Assembly (NCBI GenBank): GCA_963727625.1
Contig: CAVSHR010000004.1
Location: 576,001 to 640,000 of the forward strand
DNA: 64,000 nucleotides
From: an uncultured delta proteobacterium
Lineage (GTDB): Bacteria; Desulfobacterota; Binatia; UBA9968
Direction: 5' to 3'
Under the pieces are notes generated by a model. It was not told the DNA's origin, searched no databases, and saw only the letters and a program-made list of their open reading frames with translations. This document shows positions 58,418 to 64,000 of the stretch, in pieces (position 1 is the first letter of the stretch; each line of letters opens with the position of its first letter). Made by a program: the position numbers and the translations under genes.

Positions 58418-59404
58418 CTATGGCCCGGGTTTCCAGCCCTGCGCCTGGATCTCTGCAATCGCTCTTCGGGTTAAAGAAAAATCAAAGATTTTTGACATCG
58501 GCGGCGCTTCTTTGAGATTGAGTCGCCTAAGCACGTGCTCGACCGCTTTGTTTTGAGTCTCCAGACTAAGAGTTCCATCCTGAGTCATGGACGGCCGCAC
58601 CACTTGATCGTAGGCCTTAGCCGCCACGGCATCATTGACCCGAAGATAGCGGGCGACGATAGGAATCGTGCCGGCACGATTTTCCTTGATGTACCGAAAC
58701 CCCTTGTAGGTGCCGCGCAAGAACTTTTCAAGCTGCGCCGCGTCCGATTGCAGCGAAGCGTCTCTGACCAGCACGCTGCCTTGCAATTCAACCAGGTCCT
58801 GTTTCGGTAACGCCACCAACTCGCGGAAGCCCGCCTCCTCGGCTTTAAACGTGACCGGCGGCGAAAGCATCGCCGCATCGACGACGCCGTTCTGCAGGCC
58901 TGCAAAGATCGTCGGCATCACGCCGAGGCTCAACACGGTCACGTCGCGCTTGGGGTCGAGACCGTTTAGTCTCAGAATCTCCCGCATTAGGGAATCCGGA
59001 CCGCTGCCGATGCCGGAAACACCGACGCGCTTATTTTTAAGTCCTTTGACGTCGCGAATTTCGCGCCTTGCGTAGAGCCAAAACATGGCGCGATTGTAAC
59101 TGGTAAAAAGAAACTTAAACGGCGACCCACGCAACAATGGCAGCATACCCGAGCCACCCACGGTGGCGACGGTCACATCGCCGCCGAGCAGCGCGCGGGG
59201 GGCGATGGGTGCGCTCATGAGGATCATCTCGACGTCCAATCCCTCCGAGTGGTAGTACCCCTTGTCCCGGGCAATCGTGAAGGGCAGCACGGCTTGAGTC
59301 GTGCTCGGGATGGCGATTTTGATAACGTCAGCCTGCCCGCTCGACGGCGCACTGATGACGAAGAAAAATAAAAACGCTGCAATCAGTCCCATTTTGTCCC
59401 CCAT
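58418..59404 (-). CDS. NMT1-type ABC substrate-binding protein
   Basis: Signal peptide; KGYY..EGLDVE, ALLGGDV, LK.KRVGVS, G.VDAAML. Confidence 0.85.
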   Translation of the reverse strand: MGDKMGLIAAFLFFFVISAPSSGQADVIKIAIPSTTQAVLPFTIARDKGYYHSEGLDVEMILMSAPIAPRALLGGDVTVATVGGSGMLPLLRGSPFKFLFTSYNRAMFWLYARREIRDVKGLKNKRVGVSGIGSGPDSLMREILRLNGLDPKRDVTVLSLGVMPTIFAGLQNGVVDAAMLSPPVTFKAEEAGFRELVALPKQDLVELQGSVLVRDASLQSDAAQLEKFLRGTYKGFRYIKENRAGTIPIVARYLRVNDAVAAKAYDQVVRPSMTQDGTLSLETQNKAVEHVLRRLNLKEAPPMSKIFDFSLTRRAIAEIQAQGWKPGP

Positions 59405-59442
59405 CTATGACGATTTCGAAATTTTCTCCGTAGTGAAAATTT

Positions 59443-60294
59443 TTACGAATCGTCAATCCCCATGATCCGCGGCAGTATTTGCTCGACCAGCTTGGCGCCA
59501 GCGAGAGACAGTCCCAGCTGTTCGGCCATCTCACGCGCCGGCCCGAGGCTTTTCCGAAAAACCTCCGTGCGCCGCTTGCGTATCGCCATGGGGTCATCCG
59601 CCAGCTTGAACCGGTCCAACCAATGATCGGCGACAAAACTCTGCGCCGAGCTTCTGCGCAACAGCTTCTGCAGCGCCGGAAAGTTTAAACCGCTTTTCTC
59701 GGCGAGGAGCTCGGCTTCATGGGCCGCCAGCATGTTGATGCAGGTCACGACCTGGACAATCATCTTAGCCGCGGCGCCGCATCCTAAATCCCCAATATAA
59801 AAAATGTCCGAGGCGGACGTCGAGAATAGCTCGCGGCAGCGCCCGATCAGCGCTGGGTCCCCGCCGACCATGTAGCATAGCGACTTTCCCCGTGCGCCGG
59901 CTTCGCCGCCGCTCACCGGCGCGTCGATGATAGACACGCCGATCGTCTCACCTTTGGCTGCTAATCGCTTAATTGTCTCGGGCAGCACCGTACTATGAAT
60001 CGCGACGATGGTTCCCGGCTTGGTCCCGGCAAACACGCCGTCCACGCCGGTGAGGACCTCTTCCGCCTGCATGTCATCCACCACCGCCACTTCGATAATA
60101 TCAACACCCGCCAACTCCCGCGGGGATTGGGCGGCATGTGCACCCCGGGCGACCAACTCGGCAACCGGCTCCTTACGCAAATCATAGACGGCGAGATCGA
60201 ATCCGGCGTTCAGAATATTGATCGCCATCGGTTTGCCGATGCGACCGAGGCCGATAAAACCTATCTTATTCACTCTGGTCCTTGATCCCGGCAA
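59443..60294 (-). CDS. 3-hydroxyisobutyrate dehydrogenase family NAD(P)-dependent oxidoreductase (start probably GTG at 60273)
   Basis: IGFIGLG.IG.PMA, HST, DAPVSGG, G.G..AK. Confidence 0.88.
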   Translation of the reverse strand: MPGSRTRVNKIGFIGLGRIGKPMAINILNAGFDLAVYDLRKEPVAELVARGAHAAQSPRELAGVDIIEVAVVDDMQAEEVLTGVDGVFAGTKPGTIVAIHSTVLPETIKRLAAKGETIGVSIIDAPVSGGEAGARGKSLCYMVGGDPALIGRCRELFSTSASDIFYIGDLGCGAAAKMIVQVVTCINMLAAHEAELLAEKSGLNFPALQKLLRRSSAQSFVADHWLDRFKLADDPMAIRKRRTEVFRKSLGPAREMAEQLGLSLAGAKLVEQILPRIMGIDDS

Positions 60295-60434
60295 TACTGC
60301 GTCACGAGAATAAACAGCCGCAATTTATAGCTTGACGGAAACTCTTTACAAGTGTTTAGATCCGAAGAGGCGACTTGATTTCCCATCAGGCGCCAATTTA
60401 CAGATTGCAGGCGGTTTGGCAAGGAGAAAAGACC

Positions 60435-61169
60435 ATGGCGGAAACGCTAAAAGAATATTTGGTCGGCACGGTCCGGCCGACCAATAGACCTGAAGCCGGC
60501 CAGGAGCTCGATCTCGATACTTTGATTTCAGCGAAGATCAAGTTCGTTTACCTGACGATGAACTTCACCCGCGGCACGGAGGATGAGTTCAGCACTTCGA
60601 TGCCCGGTTACGAAGCCAAAGCGGCCGAGTTGGCCGACATGGGCGCAGACTTGGTGCGCCCGAGCGGCGCGCCGCCGTTCATGCTGCTGGGTTACAAAAA
60701 AGAGCAAGAGCTGATCGCTGGCTGGGAGAAAAAATACGGCGTGCAGATGTTTACGTCCGGACAGAATCACGTGCGTGCGCTGCGCACGTTGGGCATCAAA
60801 AAGTTCGTCGGCGCCAGCTACTTTCCTGAGAAGATGAACAACGTTTTTGCCCGCTACTTCACCGAGGCCGGCTTTGAAGTGCTTGAGATGGAGGGCATCG
60901 ACTCGCCCTTCGCCGCCGTGCCGAGCGTGCCGCCGGAGCAGATTCTTCAATTCATGAAACGCATCGCCGCCAAGCACAAAAACGCCGACGGCATTTATAT
61001 GCTCGGCTCGGCGTGGAAGACCGTCGAGATCATCGACCGACTGGAAAAAGACACCGGCCTCACCGTCGTTCACGCCGGGCCGGCGCGTGCGTGGGAGACG
61101 CAGCTGCGCTTGGGACTGCACCACTCGATCCCGGGATATGGGCGATTGCTTGCTGAAATGCCGGTATAG
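60435..61169 (+). CDS. Maleate isomerase/arylmalonate decarboxylase (Asp/Glu racemase superfamily)-like protein
   Basis: SD AAGGAG; GADLV...GAPP, ALRTLG.KK, YF..AGFEV, ADGIY, LE.D.G..VV, GYGRLL. Confidence 0.75.
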   Translation: MAETLKEYLVGTVRPTNRPEAGQELDLDTLISAKIKFVYLTMNFTRGTEDEFSTSMPGYEAKAAELADMGADLVRPSGAPPFMLLGYKKEQELIAGWEKKYGVQMFTSGQNHVRALRTLGIKKFVGASYFPEKMNNVFARYFTEAGFEVLEMEGIDSPFAAVPSVPPEQILQFMKRIAAKHKNADGIYMLGSAWKTVEIIDRLEKDTGLTVVHAGPARAWETQLRLGLHHSIPGYGRLLAEMPV

Positions 61170-61432
61170 CTTCTAATCCCGGGCACTCGATGAGCTCGCG
61201 GCGTACGATCCCGGAACGGCGACCGCAGTTCCAACGGCTCTGGTCGACCCAAGCCTCGAGCCCAGTCGAAGCCATCGCCTTCGTTACACAGCTAGAGAAG
61301 AGGGAGGCGCTTTCCGAGAGCCCCGAATCCGAGCGCGCAGCAAAATGCGCCGTTTCTCAAATTCGATGCGTCTTCAAAGTCTAAACGACTTGAACCTTTC
61401 GGCAGTTTGAACTGTTGTTTCGCTTGCCGATT

Positions 61433-62752
61433 TTATCCATACCTTGACATCGTCTGCGGCTTATAGTCGTCCGGCGCCTGGGTAACCGTTAGTAGCGGCT
61501 CAATTTCGTATAAACGCCGCGCGTTGCCTCCGAGCATTTTTTCCTGGACGTTTTGCGGCACTTTCCACTTGCTCATGTTGTCGATCGCTTCCCAGACATC
61601 CGAGGCATCGAGGTGCGGCATGTCCGAAGACCAGAGTGCGATGTTCTCATACAAATCCCACAGCCGCAGTGTAACAATCTCATCGCTCTCAAAAGCGATG
61701 AAACAATGCTTATAAAACACCTCGTGGGGATCACCAATCTTCTCGCCCAAATGCTTGTAGAGATGGAGATAGGTTTCCGCCTTCTCCAACACCAGTGCGA
61801 GCCAACTCGAGTTAGATTCCAGAATCGCCACTTTCAAATTTGGAAACTTTTCCAACCAGCCGGTCATGAGCACGACACCGGTCCAGGTCATCGCCTCTGC
61901 GATGAAACCATAGGCCGCGTCGCCGGCCTGCTTCGAGCCCATGACCTGCATGACATTGGCGACGAATTGTCCCGGCGAATAAACCAAAAGATCTTCGTCG
62001 CCGAACAAACGCTTGCGATTCGCTCCCATCCGTTTGCCCAATTCAGGAGACAACGCCTCGCCGCGCGACGGAAAGGTGTGCATGCCTAAAACCATGCCCA
62101 ACTCCGCGAACTCCTTCCACAGAGGATCGAACTCAGGAAACGTCGGGTATTTTCCCTGCGCGATGATCGGCCGCACTAAGGCGGACTTGAAGCCGCGCTT
62201 GGCAACGCGTCGCAGCTCTTCGATGGCGCAATCAACGCTCTGTACCGGCAAAACCGCCGCTGGGTAGAGGCGTTTCTTATCGGCGCTGCAATAGTCATAG
62301 GCCCAATCATTATAAGCCCGCGCGCAGATGTATGCCGCATCGGCGTTTTCCACCAGCGGCAAATAGACAAATGTCGATGGAAAAATCATCACCTGGTCGA
62401 TGCCGGCGGCATCCATGTCTTTGAGCCGCGCTAGCGGATCTCGGGCGCTTTTGTTTCGACCAATTTTATCGTCCCACTCTTTGGTTCCAGGCTGCGTTTC
62501 GCCAATCATCTTTTTGGTCAGACCCGGGTGCCAGGTTTCGCCTGGATATTTCCACTTGTCGGGATCGCGAAAGCTGATCTTCCCGTTACGCACCAGAAAT
62601 AGGCGATCGGCGTCACGATAGAAATGTGTCTTGGCGAAATCGCGATTGTTCCGAGGTATATATTTGTCCCAGATCTCCGGCGGCTCATAGATGTGGCTAT
62701 CGCAGTCGAACACCGGGAAATTCTTGGTTCTACCTTTTGCCGCGTATGCCAT
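61433..62752 (-). CDS. Amidohydrolase_2 family protein
   Basis: FDCDSH, RLKDMD..GID, ARAYNDW, GMH, ILES, WSSDMPH. Confidence 0.9.
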   Translation of the reverse strand: MAYAAKGRTKNFPVFDCDSHIYEPPEIWDKYIPRNNRDFAKTHFYRDADRLFLVRNGKISFRDPDKWKYPGETWHPGLTKKMIGETQPGTKEWDDKIGRNKSARDPLARLKDMDAAGIDQVMIFPSTFVYLPLVENADAAYICARAYNDWAYDYCSADKKRLYPAAVLPVQSVDCAIEELRRVAKRGFKSALVRPIIAQGKYPTFPEFDPLWKEFAELGMVLGMHTFPSRGEALSPELGKRMGANRKRLFGDEDLLVYSPGQFVANVMQVMGSKQAGDAAYGFIAEAMTWTGVVLMTGWLEKFPNLKVAILESNSSWLALVLEKAETYLHLYKHLGEKIGDPHEVFYKHCFIAFESDEIVTLRLWDLYENIALWSSDMPHLDASDVWEAIDNMSKWKVPQNVQEKMLGGNARRLYEIEPLLTVTQAPDDYKPQTMSRYG

Positions 62753-62999
62753 GTCTGCCTCCTATCTTAAAATGAGCTCCTGTTAGCTTCCCTTGACGAA
62801 TTCTCGAATCATCGCATGCACCTTCCTCCGCCTAGCCATAAACCAAGACCTGGTTTGCTGACAAGAGGTGCGCCGACTTCCCCGTAAAGTCGCCTATCCG
62901 GCCTTAAATGAACCGATGGGCTTGCTAAATTTCTATTGACAGCCATCGCTCCCTTCACTATTGAGAACGGAAGTCACGCAAACTGAAGGGAGTCAAGCA

Positions 63000-64000
63000 A
63001 TGGCCAGTCATTACATTGATTGCGACGGCCACGTCATGGAGCGGGTCGATGAGATCGCCGCGTTGGTCGGCAAGCAACACGGCCTGGAGAGCGAGATCAA
63101 TCCTCGGCGCATGGTGCCAAGCCTTGACCGTTTTCACACGCCGCGCTTGCAGCGGCGCACGCCGGGAACCTTCGATCCATCGATCGGGCCTGAAAGATGG
63201 ATGGAATTTCTCCAGAAGACCGGCCTCGAATACAGCGTCCTCTTCCCCACCGAAGGACTCGCCTACGGACAAATTTCGCTGGTGTCCTGGGCAGTCGCCT
63301 ACGCGCGTGGCTATAATGATTGGCTGAATGAAAAATATTTGAAGTTCAGTCCGAAACTGAAAGGCGTGGCGCTCATTCCGATGCAAGACGTGCCGAGCGC
63401 CGTCGCTGAATTGCGCCGCGCAGTCAAAGAGCTCGGCATGCTCGGCGCGATGTTGCCGTCGAACGGATTGAGATTTCATCTCGGCGCCAAAGAATATTGG
63501 CCGATCTACGAAGAAGCGGAGAAGCTCGGCTGTGCGCTGGCGGTTCACGGCGGATGCTACGGCGATCTGGGCTTCAACAGTTTCGGTGTTTTTCCGGCGA
63601 CCCGCGCCCTCGGTATGCCCTTTCCGCTCGCCATCGCCGCCACCGGCATGATCGTCGAGGGTATGCTCGATCAATTTCCCAAATTGCGCATCGGCTTTTT
63701 GGAAGGGGGCACGGCGTGGATTCCCATCGTCATCGATCGCCTCGAACGGGAGCTGGAATACGGCGGTCTTCATCTCAAGCGGAAGCCGGTAGATTATTTT
63801 ACAGGCGGCAGGATCTTCGTCGGTTGCGAAGGCAACGAGAAAGCGTTGGCCTACGCCATCGAGCGCGTCGGTCCCGAGCCGTTCATGTTCGCATCGGATT
63901 TTCCCCATGAGATTTCGCTCGGCAACTGCATGGAAGAAATCAACGAGATCGTCGAGCGCAGGGATCTAAAGCAAGAATACAAAAGCGCGATCCTGGGTGA
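63000..64000 (+). CDS. Amidohydrolase_2 family protein, 3'-truncated by the window edge (absent from the ORF track)
   Basis: ATG at 63000: MASHYIDCDGH...ARGYNDW...AVHGG...FLEGG...FASDFPH; frame open to the end. Confidence 0.9.
   Translation, partial: MASHYIDCDGHVMERVDEIAALVGKQHGLESEINPRRMVPSLDRFHTPRLQRRTPGTFDPSIGPERWMEFLQKTGLEYSVLFPTEGLAYGQISLVSWAVAYARGYNDWLNEKYLKFSPKLKGVALIPMQDVPSAVAELRRAVKELGMLGAMLPSNGLRFHLGAKEYWPIYEEAEKLGCALAVHGGCYGDLGFNSFGVFPATRALGMPFPLAIAATGMIVEGMLDQFPKLRIGFLEGGTAWIPIVIDRLERELEYGGLHLKRKPVDYFTGGRIFVGCEGNEKALAYAIERVGPEPFMFASDFPHEISLGNCMEEINEIVERRDLKQEYKSAILG

Overview
A GC-rich bacterial chromosomal window with about 60 intact CDSs. I found no rRNA, tRNA, CRISPR array, integrase or intact transposase. 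The gene mix resembles uncultured Deltaproteobacteria-like lineages such as Ca. Binatia: many Amidohydro_2 paralogues, orphan NMT1-type solute-binding proteins, and Rieske/ThDP/aldolase enzymes (inference, not proven). Housekeeping genes include thrC, metB, rlmD, yjbQ, gor and an RRM protein. Most notable: (1) a translationally coupled thrC/cystathionine gamma-synthase pair that both look plant-type, suggesting an O-phosphohomoserine branch point; (2) a sigma54-type promoter driving an orphan histidine kinase, a kinase-less GlrK-like sensor and a QseG-like lipoprotein; (3) a 5.6 kb segment (MetE-like, two MFS, BrnT/BrnA, decayed HigA) bracketed by a perfect 20-bp direct repeat matching the 3' end of an uncharacterised hydrolase gene; (4) an ECF sigma/anti-sigma pair sharing an AAC-N17-GTCTAA promoter motif with a nearby secreted Arg-rich protein; (5) an aromatic-acid catabolic cluster with a completely Cys-free Asp/Glu-racemase-superfamily protein; (6) an AT-rich FRG-domain gene, a stand-alone ParB-N protein, several pseudogene remnants and dispersed short intergenic repeats. 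All calls rest on motif recognition by eye; no database searches were run.
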